From Aplysia californica (lineage: Eukaryota): DNA of 64,000 nt. Every line of letters begins with the position of its first letter. The stretch's first letter is position 1. A program made the translations under genes and the position numbers. This document shows, piece after piece, positions 22,801 through 37,800 of this stretch. The DNA lies in assembly GCF_000002075.1 (NCBI RefSeq), contig NW_004797628.1, positions 401,682-465,681 of the forward strand, written 5' to 3'. The notes under the pieces were generated by a model. It worked only from the letters and a program-made list of their open reading frames with translations, was not told where the DNA came from and ran no database searches.

Positions 22801-25800
22801 GTGTACAGAACAAACAGGGTATGTTTCTCGGAAAGCTTCTATTATTAGAGTAAAATGATCGACGATCAACTAAATAAAGCCTGTCAAATGTATGTAATAT
22901 TCTGAAGTTCAAGGTGATGTTTTGTATTATGTGAAACTTTTTATATTGCTGTATGTGAAAGGAAGACAAATCGTTTAAAATAATTTTAATTATTAACCTA
23001 AAAAATTTTGCTAGCTTAAAAAATCAGTTTTAGTCTGAACAAATGGCACTGACATAATGTTTTGGTTAATACTTAAAGTTTTCTAATAAAAATACCCAGA
23101 TCAGTTTTGTGTGGGATGGTTGCGAGAAAAATTAAGCCTGATGATGGGATAGTTTGTAAGTTGGTTTTATAAATTTTTTGCTCCTCAGTATTTAAATGAC
23201 ATCGACAATCGCTTTGAGGCTGTGGATGGCATGGAGGAAATCTATTCATCAATCCACCAGAGCTCTGGCCCCAGTCTCCTCACTCGCAGCAATGACAGAA
23301 TTGACATGACTGGCTTTCTCAACAAGCGAAGTTAGTCTATCAATGTGAATGTTTGTCTTCATAAGATAACCCATCTCAGTTGTCAACTCAAACGAAACAA
23401 ACAAGCAATGAAGTTTTAAAAAATTTCTATGAAGTTACAGATCGATTACTGTTGTTGTAATTATTGGTTTGGTACATCAGTGAAATCTGTTTCAAGCATG
23501 AGTGCCGTTAACCGTAACGAAGTGTACCTGTCTGTTGTTCTCTGTATTTTTATACAGTTGCTTTGACTTAGTATTGTTTGCACTGTCTGTTGATATGAAT
23601 TGGAGTTGCTGGTGTTTTGCTTAAAAAAAAAAGGTCCCTTGAAATAGTCTGAATTTACCACGTAACTGCTTTTGATTTAAAGTTTGAAGTGTATGGTATT
23701 AACTTCACTGCAACATTTTGTTTCAGGTGATCGTAAAAAACTGTGGAAGCCGTTTTATTTCGTCCTCAATGGAACAGAGAAATATCTGTATTATTTTGAA
23801 AATGAAAAGGTGAGTAATTTATTTGTTTTATCTTTTTAGAAAGTGAAATAAATATGTTCTTTTTGGTCAGTGTTTAAGATTCACAACATCTGATCTCAGT
23901 GTGTACATGTTTATTAATGCCAATAAGAAAACTGTAAGATTCTTATTTACTACAAACCATAATCTTTTATACATTTTTCCATTTTTCCTAGAAATCCAAA
24001 CCAAAGGGAATCATTGACCTTGGATACAGCGCACTCTACCCGGTCCACAGCAGTCTGTTTGGAAGGTATGCAGCTCGCTGTCATTTATTCAACCATTATG
24101 TGAACCACAATTTTCTCTCAATTGTATTTCAGAAAAACAGGTCAACACAATATTTTGTTTGTTTGCTGTATGTGTGTTTCCTTGTCTTTCTTTCTTTTAA
24201 AAAAAAAATTAGGGAGGGGAAGGTGTATGTGCATAGAGGTATTGAGTTAATGCAATGAACAATGAAATCTTGAAGGACTACTGATGAGGAAAAGGAACAT
24301 TACAAATGTTGATGATATAGAAGACCTTAGATAAGAGTAAGAGAGCTTGATAAAAAGAGTTAATTGAATTAGTGTGGTAATGGTTTATAGAAACAATGTG
24401 AAATTATTTGTGTCTTCAAAAATCGACTGTCGGTTTCGGTAAAATCAAACCCTTACACACTAAAAAAGTGAGGAATATTTACTCATGGATGTTCCAAGGG
24501 ATTAGTGTTTGAGTTAAGGTTTGACTATTTATTATTCATGACACTGTCATGATGTGACTATTGCACGTCACTCATAAATGGGAACTGTAATTTTTGTGAA
24601 GAATTTATTGAACTTTTAAGTTGGAAAGGAATATGGGAACAAAGGACAAATGTTATGTAGCAGTTTTCTCACCTGTAACTAAAATCTTTATAATTGTGAT
24701 ATAATGTATTTCACTTCAGCAAATATTTATACCTTTCTGTACTCACTGTTTCCCATTTACATAATACTTTCAGAAGTTTTGATCTTTTGGTGTTGGGAAC
24801 ATGTACTATCTTCTCTGTTTACTGTATGAAGACTACTTCATTTTTAAATTGAATTTTACAGTGTAAGTTTTTAATCTTTCAGGCCCAACTGTTTCCAGAT
24901 TGTTAGCAATTACGACAACAACAATGAACAAATTTGCTATGTCTGCGCTGACAGTTCTGATTTGGCTCAGGTTTGTGTTGTTTCATCTCCAATGTTTGAT
25001 TTTCATTCACCTCGGAAAGATGTTCATAGTGTTATTGAATATCCTTAATAGTTAGTATTACACTGGCTCTACACATATATCTGGAATAAGGATGTATAAA
25101 ACTTTTCAATTTTGGTGGCAAAGAAATATTATATATATCCAACCTTTGATACTGTAAGTGCTTGTCCATTTGCTCATTACCAGTTGTCTCGTTTACTGCA
25201 ATGCACATCTGAAAGATGTACCAGTGCTTTGTTATTACATTTACAGAGTGTTAAAAAAATTTTTTGATCTAAGTAGCCAGGCTTGTGGTAAGGAAAGGCA
25301 AAGGTATTGAATCCAAAGAACTGTAAAAAATTGGTACTGGCTGTCCTTAGAAAAAAGATCATTAGAAAAGAGAACAGATTTCAAGATTGCTTGTTTTCCT
25401 TATAAATGTATTCATAACTTAGCACCACCTTATTTACAAGATCTTTTACAGTTGTGCCAGCCTGGTCGTGTCTCGTGTCTTGAGGTCTTTTTTTGGTTTA
25501 AATTTATTTAAAAACTCTTGTTTTGAGGAAAGATTTTGTTTTATTGCTGGTCCAACATTATGGAATACTTTATCGACTAACACCTGAAGCAGAAAGAACT
25601 TTCAGTCTTTAAAAAAAATTGTAAAACAGAATTCTTTATTACAATATTCTTATAGTGTACAGTCTTTTAAAAGACATTATAAAGCAGAATTCTTCAAGAC
25701 AACATTCTTATAGTGTATAGTCCTGTGATTAACGTCATCGTTTTTAAGAACTGGGACAACTTTTATGTAGTGGAATTTTTATATTCCTTGTATTTTTTAT

Positions 25801-28800
25801 CTTTATTTAACATATTTCCGTAGTAAATATTAAAGGATGGTGCTTGGGAGCTTAAAATGTTTCAGAACATTTGATTTGAAAGTCAGACTAATTAGATATG
25901 CATTACAGAATTCACATGTGTGGAAGAAAACTGAAGGGAGTTTCAAAATGTACTGTTATTACTGGTGTTTACGTAAATATTTACATTTCATAATATTGCA
26001 GTGTGTATTTAGTATTTTTATTTTGTGAAGAGTGTTATGTATGTCTTCTTTTACTTTACTACACAATTTGGATCATTATGTGTCCGATTAGAATGTCGCA
26101 TTTTTTAAAAACAATTCTTAGTACTTATGGTTAGGTCTCACATTTATTGGTATGCATTTCTTTTCTTTCCAGAAATGGATCCAGTTTTTGAAGCCTTACT
26201 GTGAAAATTCTCGAGCCCCAAAGCCACAGTTTAAACACGCCTTGCTGAAAGAGTTCCACAAGTTGGTTGTCAGTGTTCTGGATGCCCACCGATTACCACC
26301 CAAACAACTAAACCACCCGTACTGTGTGCTCGCTCTTAATAATGTCCGTGTAGGGCGCACAGATGTTGGGGAAGGGGCTAATCCATTTTGGTCTGCAGAA
26401 TTTTTTTTAGAGTGAGTATGTATTCTTTTTGCTTGTGAAATGGTCTATTGTCATGGGTGATAGACTTCAGTTGTAAGACAAATTTGTCTGTTGGAATCAA
26501 TAAAGATGAAAGTTGTCTTGTAGATTTCTGGCAGAATCAGGAGTCCGTCTCAGCATTTTTTTCTCTCTATTTTTAGTGCAAGAAAGTACCCCTCCAATAA
26601 GAATCCCTGAGGTCTTCAAATGGTTTAAAGCTTTATTTAGACTGGCCAGTGGAGTGGGGTAGCAGTTCTTCAGTTACAGTTTATGCAACGTCAAAAAAAT
26701 ACAAGTCCAATGTTCGAACTTGTAATATTAACTCTAGTAGATTTATCTAGCGCTCGTAGTATAGTTGTAGCCTTGTTAATGAAAAGGAACGCTGGCCATA
26801 GATTCTTAGCATGTGCCTCTGAATGAATATGAGTCGGTTGCCAACCGCAGTAAGGTAGGGGCTAAAAGTTGAAAAATGCTGTCTCTATTTAGTGACATAC
26901 AATATGTTTTATTTGGTCAATTACACTTCTGATAGTGCTTTTTAGTATCATTATCGTTATATGGGCCTTAGTAAGGTGGGGATGTTGTATTATAATTTGG
27001 GAGAGGATAATATTAGTATCGAAATGGTAATTTTTAGAATACTACGTTTATTCTAGCCTCTGCAGGGTTTCAGTCTTTTTGCTTTGTTGGGTAGGGTTAA
27101 GTGTTCTGCCGTTGCAGGTTAAACTTTGTGCGTAGTAGAACTCAAAACTTTACCTGCATCAACAGAATGGAAGATTTTATTGTTTGGTCACCTTTTTCTT
27201 CTTTTTTTAAATTCGAAAAGTCTATTTTCATTCCCCATTTATGCATTCTTACCAAGTCAGGATCACATACTCTTTCATTGTACAGGATGATGAACTGCCT
27301 TGTTCTTTATACAAAAGTACTTTCATTTGAGAATAATTGTAAGTTGCCCTACCCATGCTAAGGGATGATCTTGTATGGCAGTGTTACTTTGCAAAATTTT
27401 CATTAATTAAAAGTGTAAACATGCTTTTGGATCCTTGAAGAAGTAGCCTACCAAATGGTTTCCAATTTATGGCTAATAAGTATGTGAGATAAGTTTCATG
27501 TATTTTTTATTGTGATTTCCATTCCACAAACTTTGTTTACAAAGCAGCAGTAATTAGTTCCAAAAGAAAGAAAAATAAAGTTTTGAAATTTTTTTAGGCG
27601 AGTAGTAAATTTGCCTTGCATTATATTTTCCTCAACCCTCTTTTCTTGTGCTTAATCGACTATAGGTGCCACAAGATACCTCTGATATCATTACGTTTAG
27701 TAACTTTGCCTTGACCTTAGGTGTTGTTAAGGACAGACTCCTTCAAAGTCACTTTGTTTGGTGAAGACTCCTAAAATGAGTTGTCAGCATGGTGACCTAC
27801 ATACAGGGATTTCTTATCATGAATAATGTAAAGATTTGTCCCCTAGGAATATCAAGGATTATCAAAACAAGTTAATAAAATGTTTAGCTTCCAATGTTTA
27901 AAAGGACATAGAAAAGGATTGTTGGGCATAGATGATCTGGATAAATAAAAGAAATAGTTGTAAAAGTGAATAAATTTGGTGTATGCTACTTGTATTGAAA
28001 ATTAACCGATATATTTATTCTCTTTTACCATGCTTTGTTTCGGTACTGTGCCTTTGAAATATAAAAGGAATTCAGAAATTTGCCACTGCAAAGACTTGTG
28101 GAAAAACTACATCAACCTGGGCTTTTGTGGAGCGGTATAATAGTCCTTCCGCAATTGTATAGAACATAACGACAGGCGTTCAAATGAAATGTGGGGGGCA
28201 GGTTCTTACTGTTTTGACAAGGCTTTAGCGAGGTGAGATGGTACACCATCTGCTCTCTTGTTACAACAAGAAAGAATGGTAGAAAAAATTATTGAGAATT
28301 TTCTTTTTAAAATTTTTAAAGGAGGATAATACTATATCGGAACAATTTACAAAAAGATGACTAAGTCACTGGTGCTCTGAGGAGAAACAACCAATAATTA
28401 TCTAAGAGGATATGTGATAATGGTGAAAAGATGATTGCAGCTGAAGAAATCAAGGAGTATTCTCAAAAATATTAAAGTCACTTGAGAATATGCCCCCTTC
28501 TAAATTATTGAACCATAATAAAAGTAATCTTGCAGATGAAAGGGGGGGGGGGGGGGGGGGAAGAAACCATATCTCACTCAGAATGAAATAGCCTGAACAT
28601 GTCATGAATAATACAAAGAGTATAAAAAGTATCATGGTTATTAGGACAGCTCATGGCTTATTAATAGCTCATTATGCCAATTACAAAATCTAGTTGCTTA
28701 TGGAATTCATGGTGCCAGGTGGCCCACATGTTACTAGGTATAACAAGAATGTAAGTGGGTGGGTGGTCTCTATAAATCATAAGGAATGGTCGGGTTGTTT

Positions 28801-31800
28801 TGTTTTTTTTACTCGTTCCTTATGCTCACTGAAAGACTGGATTGATATAAATATTCTCATGGAAGCCTACCTTCACTCTCGCATCAGGTGAGCAGTTTTG
28901 GAAACAAGTGCCAAATTGGATACAGTAATTATACATAGGTTTTGCATTGCTCCCTCCAAGCAATGCAAACAAATGTCAACCACAGGACGTCTCTTTTGCT
29001 CAATGACTGCTGCCGGCTCTTCAAATAATCAATCAACTTCATTTGTTGCATCTCTTTCTGACAGTGACATTAACACCTTGGATACTGTCGATGAGGACTA
29101 GGTTCTTCTGAAATCAAACCAACCTCGGAGGACTATTTTCAACGATTTTTTTTTGTAACAAAATGTTTTGTGAAACTAATTTTAAAAGTGCACAATTTTC
29201 AGTGAGCAGGAGTTGACTTGATGTGCTGTTTAACTTAAGTGCAAATTTTGAAGAAAATAATTTTAGTATATTGTATGACCTTTTCAGGTGGTAATGCAAG
29301 ATGTTGCAAAGTCACCCTATTTGTGGTTTAAAGAAAATTGAACTAGATTTGTTTTGACTACAGCCAATGAATTTTGTTTTCTTTTTCTATTGTACATATC
29401 TAAAGAGTTGCTTTTGACTCATCCGCCAAAATAAAGAGGAAAGTATTTGATTAACTCAGGTAGTTGCTATGTTGCTATCTATCACCATACAAAGTCACCC
29501 CAGTTTACTGTACTGTAGTTGGCTGGATATTTTTTTCATTAAAGTCTAACCAAAGAATATATTCACATTTTTCTTTATTCCCCCCTGTTTTTTAAACTAA
29601 ACATTTCATTTTTCATTTTTATTTTACAGTGATATTCCGCCCACCGTGGAATCATTCACTGTGTCTTTGTTCAACAAAATCAAAAGGTTGAAGGATACTG
29701 AAATTGGTAAGGAGCTGATAACATTATTTTTGTTGTATTTCAAACAAGCTCATTATGAACCTTAACATGTAACTATCTCTTATGTTATATTCTCTGTGCT
29801 GTAATCTTATTGTCTTTTTTATGCAGTTCACTAGAAGGAGAAATTCTATCTATTTCTTGCAGTCACTTCGAAAACAAAGTACAAATTTACAGTTGTCATT
29901 GTACTTTCTTTCAGTGTTAAACAAGGGTTGATAGTGACAGAAAGGGTAGGTAGAGGTGTTGTCTGAGTGCTGTATAGTATGATAGGAAATGTGTGACTAT
30001 GCTGACTTGTATTCTAAGGATTAGTAGGTGGTTGGCAGGTGCTCTGGTGTGGTTTGCTTTTTCTTTTCTATCAAACATCTATCGTCTTTATCTCCCCTCC
30101 TTCTTTTTTGTTTTTGTTACTCTCTTGTAATGCCTCTAATCTTTGGCATTTATATGACCTTATTGTGTTGCAAGTGCCATAAAACTCTTACTAAAACTAA
30201 AACTCTCGTACTAAAAATGAAATCTATGGATTAGATAGTGTTAAATATGTTTGCTTCTCAGCTCTTAGACTTTCCAACATTGATTTGTTGCAGCTTCTGT
30301 GACTGTTCCGCTGAGTGATCTGGCAGGACGAGGTTTTGTGGACAATGCCTATCAGTTGCAGCCAGTGGCTGGAATGAAAGGCGAGATGGGATCTCTGAGG
30401 CTCAAGTCCCGGTACCAGCATGAGGTCATCATGCCTGAAGATGAATACACAAGTTTGAAAGAGGTGTGCTACTTGTATTCAGGGTCCCTCCCCACCAGGT
30501 CGGGAAATCAGGAAAAAGTCGGGAATTTTGTAATGGGTTGGGAAGTGGGGGAGAAAGTTGGGAAAGGATAGGGCCTCTGTAATATTAGTAGTGTAGTTAT
30601 TTTTTTATTTTTTTTAGTAGAGGTTTTACGGCGCTCGCAAGTAGTGTAGCTAGCTATCTAGACAGTATGGTTGATTGATCATGAAGAGGAAACATAATAG
30701 AATCAACTCATGGCAAGGAATACAGAGGTCAGATATCATTGTTAAGTGAAATAAGCTATTAACAGGGTGATTGCAAGGCCTGGGGAATGCCGGGGTCCCC
30801 CGGAAATTACCCGGTAGTTTGAAAAAAATCGCAGAGACCCCGGATTGCCCTGGGAATTTGATGAAATCTGTAAATTGCCCTGGGAAAGACCTGGAAAAAT
30901 ACATAAAAGTTTTCGTAAGTTCATCTTTGCCAGTCGCTATTGTGATATTCATTCGGCTTTTCCCGGTCTGAGAGTATGTTTCACGCAAACAGGCTGCTAT
31001 GGCGGCAGGCGGAAGTGTGTATGTGACACCGAGACTCGATCGGGAAGAATCAAGATCTACTTTTGCTTTCGTTACCACCCAGAAATGTTCCGGTAATAGT
31101 CTGATAGATAACACAACATATGTACCATGCAGGTTGTGCATTACAAATGCAGTGTTGCAATGAAAATAAATCAATATTTGTCCTGTGCTGTCACTTCTGA
31201 AAAAAATAAAATAAAATAAAATTATACAGGCGTCTTGTCTGGCTGAAGGCAATGCTAGAGGACAAAAACTGAACTTGGAAGCAAATTTTTAGTATTTAGA
31301 ATTTTGATAAATACGATAAGAGTTCTCTGCAAAGCTTTGGTGCAGGCCTTGCGGTGGAATCGGTATCTGTCATGCCTTGTTATTGAACTAAAGTGTTCAC
31401 GTTTTATTGGATGGGGTGATAGTAATTTATATCTATATTTTAGCTTTCTGTTCAAGATTGGCAGATTTTCTGTGTCTCTGCATCTTGCCCTCCCTCAGTT
31501 CTTACACCTCTCACACTGAACAGGTCTACTTGAGCCATTTAAGTTATTTCTCTACTTTGAGTTTGAGCAATAATGTCTAGTTTTTGTCTTCGTATTTGTC
31601 ATGAATCATGCTCAAAACAGGATTCATTTTTTATATAGTGTATATAGGCTAATATGATGAGTGGAAAATATGAATAAGTAAGAACAGATTGAAGTACGTA
31701 AGTCACGCAAGATCCCGGTGCCACACTGACATGTTGTTGGCTGGATATAATGTACTACATGTGTGTGTGTGTGTGTGTATTCAAAAACATATATTTATAG

Positions 31801-34800
31801 ATAGGTAGGGAGGGAGGGAGGGAGCGAGCGAGAGATATAAATGGAGCATGCGCTGTCATTGTTATGTAACGTGCCCCTGGAAAATGGATGAGCCCCCCTG
31901 GAAAAATGAGAAGCTGGGTTGGCAGTCACCCAGTATTATAATCATCTATTGTTTGAAGACTAAACTACAAAATGTACATATGCATTCATTTTAAGACATT
32001 ATGACTTTTTAACCTTGATGGATGGGCTTTTTTAAGGATCATTCTTGACGTGCAGTGGCCTTATTGTTCCCTCGAATTTGGGTCTTGAACAAAATTTCCA
32101 GGATTTGGTGGATACCCTGTGTATTTGATTTCTCTGTAACATATCCCATGACATATTCCTTTCTCCTTTTCCTTTTCTTTTGTTCAAATTGCAGTGGCCG
32201 TAGTAAAACATGCTTGTTATACTGCAGAGAATTTAGAGTCAAAGCTCTGTGATTTAAGAATATTTAAGAAAGGGTAACATTGCCTATTGTTTGCTTGTGG
32301 TATTTCTTTGTTTGTTGCTATGTTAATGTGCTTACTGATGAGTTCTGTTTGTTTTTCTGTTATTGTATGCTGCATTTTTGGATTGCAGAGTGTTGGTGCA
32401 CATCTTATTAAAAGTGCTTTAATTTATATTGCCCTCATTGTAAATTTTTATCCAAAGGTGGGGATGGGTGGCTGGCAGTTGCTCTGGTGTGGTTTGCTCC
32501 TTCTTTCCCATCAACAACTGTCTTCCTTATCTTTTCTCCTTTTTTGTGTTTGTTACTCTCTTGTAACATTTCTAGTCTTTGACACTTATGTTAATTATGT
32601 TGCAAGTTGTGTAAAACGCTAAGTAAAAATTAAGGATGGATTCCAACCATGCTTTCATTTTCTTTTCCAGCTTTTGTTTGATGATGAATTTGATCACATC
32701 TTAACTCTGGCTCAAGTCTCTGAGGAGAGTGAGCGGTCAACTCTTGCTCATGCCCTGCTACAGATTTTTCGACATGAGAGGAAAGAAGCCAGTCTGCTTT
32801 GTGCTTTGAATGATAAAGAGATTGAGAAAGAGGGTAACTATATTTTTTTAAATTAAAACATTTTTTTTCTTCCATTTATACGTATATTAGGCTTCACTTT
32901 TAAGTCATTGTCCCTCTTTAAAATTCTACTGTTGGCATTTAGAGATCCTTAAAAAAATTTAAGTAAATTCAATAGACTTATCAAGGGTTTTATAGCTATG
33001 ATTGCATTACTGAGTCATGTTTGAAAATATTTTGACGCTTGTTACAATTAAGTATTTAATTTTCTTGTCAAATAATAAGAAAATTGAACACTTTGAAGTA
33101 AAACAGTATTTTGTTGTTGGGTCTTTTTTTAGCAATGAGATGCTATAAGACGGTACCTCTTGTTTTTTTCTTTCAGCGTTACTACTTTCCTAATCAGATT
33201 CCTAGGTTTTTACGCACTGAATAGTATTAAACGTGCAGGTTAACTCGATTGTAATGTTTCAGGATATTGTTTGTGTTATTGGATGACTTTCTGTGTTCTG
33301 ATAATAAATATAGTATCATCAGAGAGATATATATTATATATATGTGTCACGATGCTGTTGAATCAGGCGCTCATAAATTTTTAGGCATATGGAGTTATTG
33401 GTATCATCTTAAAGGTTGTACGTTTGCCTTTCTTTCGATGAAAAAATATCCTTTTATCTTAAATAGAAGTCTAGATATTTGCGAATGAACGAGGTGGGGT
33501 CGCCTGGTCTAAGAAGTAAAATTAGAGAGAAAATGGCCACCAAAGTTTGGTATCTTCCATAGCTCAAGAGTCCTTGGAAACTGCAAATTTACTTTTTTTC
33601 ATGTCTTCAATCAGTTTTTCCACTAAATCCACACACAAATGTGTTTTTGAATGGACATACAAGGTTTTGAGCCAAAAAAAAAAAAAAAATAAAAAAATTC
33701 CATACTGGCTGAAAAAGGCAGATTTCTTCAATTATATTATTTGGACGAGCGCCTGATTTCACCACAATGCCTCACATATATAATATAGAATGCTTATAAG
33801 TTGTATATTTCTCATTAAATTTTCCTTGCAGATGAAGTGTCTACATTGTTTCGAGCTGGCTCACTTGCCACCACTCTGATGGTACAATACATGAAAATGA
33901 CATCAACTATCTTTGTGCACAAAGCAGTAAGAGAGTCTGTGCAGAAAATTGTGGAGCTCAAGCAGTCATGTGAAGTAAGTGTATGCATGGGACGTATTGT
34001 AAATTTTATGAAATCTCAAGTCTCTCCAATGATTTTAAGAAGTACTAGACAATACGAATTATGGCTTTGTTTAAGGAGGATTTGCATTTTTAAATGACCC
34101 TGGACGGGGGTCTTGGGTCTGAATGAGCCCTGACTTGCACATTATAAAAATGATGGTTACAAACTCTAAAATATGACAGAAATATTTTAAGGTTTGAAAA
34201 ATCCTATTTGGGATATTTTGTCAGACCTGCTCTAATTACCACGTCCAAGACAATCATCTATACGAACTACCACTTCCAACTCCCCCCCCCCCCCACCCCC
34301 CCCCCTTGTGTTTTTAAAAATATTATAACTGCACTGTCCAAGAGGACCACCTGTTTAAGATGACCATTTTTTAAAACTTAACAATGGGCGGACATTCTTG
34401 ACCGGTCTGACTGCATATCTGAATATTTTGTTGGGGTTCATTACATTTTATTGGTTTCTTTTACAACCTTTCAATAATTATCCAATAGATAGATTTTTTT
34501 CCTTTTTATTTCATGGAAGTTAGTGGCATTATACAATTAATCTTTCTTCACTTTCTGCCCCAGCTGGATCCCAAGTTCCTGGAAAATACTACAGATCAAC
34601 AGTCAAACTCAGAGTTCTTTCTTCGTCTCTTAACAGAGGTGGTGGAGTCAATATTTACATCAACAGAGGCTTGCCCTCCGTGAGTCACTTATCCAAATTA
34701 GTGGGGGGGGGGTGGGGGTGTTGGTTTTCACGAATTAAAGGTTTTGTCGAATTAAAGACTGCAAATTTTTTGTCTTAAGAAAAAATTCCCCAAGGGTGGA

Positions 34801-37800
34801 GTGAAATATTTTTATTTTTGTAGTTGGGCAACCTTGAGGAAACATCTTCTGTACCCCAATTCCAATGCAAAGGCCTTTTGCAAAGCTTTTGTAAATTGAT
34901 TTAGAAATTTTGAACATTTTAGGTTTAAGTTAAGTGAGATGCTTCAAAGGTTAAGTTATTGTGAGATGACTGGAGACTCTAGTAATTAGTCTTTTTCATT
35001 GGTGATACTTTTGTACAAATGTAAGGGTTGTCCCTAGCTATTTTCTCTGCTCATTTTGTATTTAGACTAGGGCTTCCCTGTGCTCTTGATATGAAGATTA
35101 ATTGTACTGAAATAGCTCACTTTTGATTGTAAAGCTGCCAAGACTCTGAGAACGATAAAATATTTATTTGGAGGTAGTATTCAAGAGAAGTTGTCCTTTG
35201 AACTGAGGCTATGTGGACTTCATAGCTATATCGAAAGCTTTAGATTTCACTCTATATATATTTAATTTGGCAATGAAGCATTTGTTTTAAGTTTTATAAT
35301 TCGTTACTTTCAGAACTTTGCGCTATGTGTGTAATTGTTTACAAAAACGAGCAAAAACAAAATGGCCAGCTGATGACACAGTCAAGACTCGTGTTGTTAG
35401 GTAAGTCTTTTTTGTATGTTCATGGTCAGTGGAGTAATTTAATTATCAGCGAGTTCTTGGTGGAATTGTACTCTATGATGCACTGTACTTTTGTTCCGGA
35501 TAATACATAGTCATTTTGTTACATACCTGGTCAGGTTGGTTGTGAACAAATTTGTTGCATTCTGTTCCATATTGAGAAGCAATTGAAGCTGATGGTACAG
35601 TGAAATCTGTCTCAGAACACGCCTTGTTAAAACTTGGTTTGCCTGAGAGACTACTGTCACCCATGTGGCAGGGTTCCCCCCCCCCCCCCCCTCCCCCCCA
35701 TCCCTATAATTTACATGATTAGGAGCCAGTTCAGAAAATAAATATAAACCCACCTAAATTGGTCTGAAGTGAAGGAAATAACCTTTTTAAAAAAAAAGAT
35801 TCCTTCAGACATAATAATCATAGAAAAAGGAGACCTTTTTCAAAGCTGAAAAATGTATGCAGTAATGTAATAGAATTTTAATATGGTACATGAGGAGATG
35901 TATGGGGAGGGAAGGCGGTGGTATGGCAATCATATTGAAAACAGACAACCTAGTAGAAGCTGAGTGCTGCCACTAGCAATTTGCCTAAAATCCCTGTTTA
36001 TGGAAGAATCTTTTTTTTTTTCCTTGGATATCACTGCACTTACTTTCAAAATAGTGTCTTTATTAACTAATTGTTCCAGAACAACTAAAACAAGCAGGTG
36101 GATCATGTGGTGTTTTCTGCTGCTGTAATGAACAAGTCATTTATGAAGGTCACTGAAACAAGGTTAGATGAAAGGCTTCATGGGGGAATGAATCATCCCT
36201 GAAAACGAAACTGCCTAGTTAGACCACTTGGCTGTGTTATACCTCTGGGATAGCTTTGTTCTTATTTTATGGGCAGTTGGGCAAAGGGGTATTTTGGCAT
36301 CCTGAATGATTTTGAAATTTAAAGAATTTCTATTTGCACATTGACCTATGGACTTTTGCTTTATTTGAACTTTTAATAAATTTACTAAATATTTAAAATG
36401 TAAAATTATTATTTTTGTTGTTACTTTTTTTCAGGAAACTATATAGGCCCATGTCATATACATTAATATATCAATTTTTTTTTCTTTCTTTTTGTTCAGT
36501 GGCTTTATCTTTCTTCGCCTTCTTTGTCCTGCCATATTGAACCCCAAGTCTTTCAACTTAGTACAGGGTAAGTTTTTGATTAGTATAACAGTAAAGGAGA
36601 ATTCTGCTACTGGTTGTAGTTATCTTGTGTCAATATTTGTAGTTGACATCCTCTGTTATTGAGAGATGGATGATTTCCTCCAGAGCCCACAGTTACAAAC
36701 ATGTTACACAGACTTCTCTATGTCATAGCCCGACTCCATTGTTATTTGTTCGTTTCGGTTCAGAATAGTCAAAGCATTTCTGATTCAATTTTGCACAAAT
36801 GTTGAGATGAACAAAGGGCTTGACTCATGTTTCTTGAGAAAAATGCCTAAAACTGAAATTGATGGAACGTTATGTTTTCAGTGCGCTTGTTATCAAGTCC
36901 CATTTACATAGTGTAACGGAATTTTTTGTATATATTCCTAATATTTTGTGCTTTAAAAGGTCATACGCTATAGAATTTAATCTTGCGACCACAAAGATTG
37001 AATATTCATTCTTTCAATAATTCAACTATTATTAAATTCTTACCTATGTGTAGTATAATCTCAGTTAATTACTTTGTCTCAGCCTTCAGACTGTCTGTTT
37101 TGTCTTTGTGAAAAGAAAATGATCCTTCCATTTTGCGTGGTGCTTTCTTAGCAAATTAGCAAGAGGTGGGTTTTTTTTTTGTTTTCATCATGTGCTTGAA
37201 TCATTTCATCATTTCTACTTTCAGAAAATCCTTCAGAAACAGCTGCCAGAACCCTGAAGTTAGTGGCCAAGGTGCTGCAGAATTTAGCCAATCTGGTAGA
37301 TGTTGGACCAAAGGTACTGTTTAGGTTTGGGATTTTACAAATGTATAAGTAGTCTCAAAAGAAATGTTTGAAATGGACTATGGATGCCTAAAGTTTGGTT
37401 TTGTTGTGTCTTCAAGAGATATTTTTCTGGCTTTGCGGAGAGTTTCTAATTTTTACCTTACTAAACTGAACTGACCTGGCAAAATAGTAACTGTGGCAGT
37501 GGGTTGGTGAGATGTTTTGAAAACAAAAATTGGTTCATGAGTGAATGAGGCATAGCTGCCACTTTCCCGCTAAATAGCGGAAACTTCGCTTCATCTAGCT
37601 TTTCCCGCTACTTTCCTCCTTCCTCTGCTGTACCGCTCTCGGTCGCAAATTGCGATACTTTTTTACACGCAGAAAACTCCGAACCGGGAGAGAGACAAAA
37701 ACGCAGCTTGCGCATGTCCGCCCGTAGCTTTCTACTTCCGTTCTTCTAGGCCTAGCGTTAGTTTCACTTTGTTTATTGTGGAGCAACAAAGTGTCGATCG

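Noticed and set aside
24854-24882. ttttacag-T-gtaagt: 1-nt microexon or recursive splice site before exon 12
   Set aside because: Residual intron would be only ~20 nt and inclusion would break the frame
30650-31252. 200-aa ORF on - strand
   Set aside because: Overlaps the repetitive end of a hAT-like MITE; no recognisable domain
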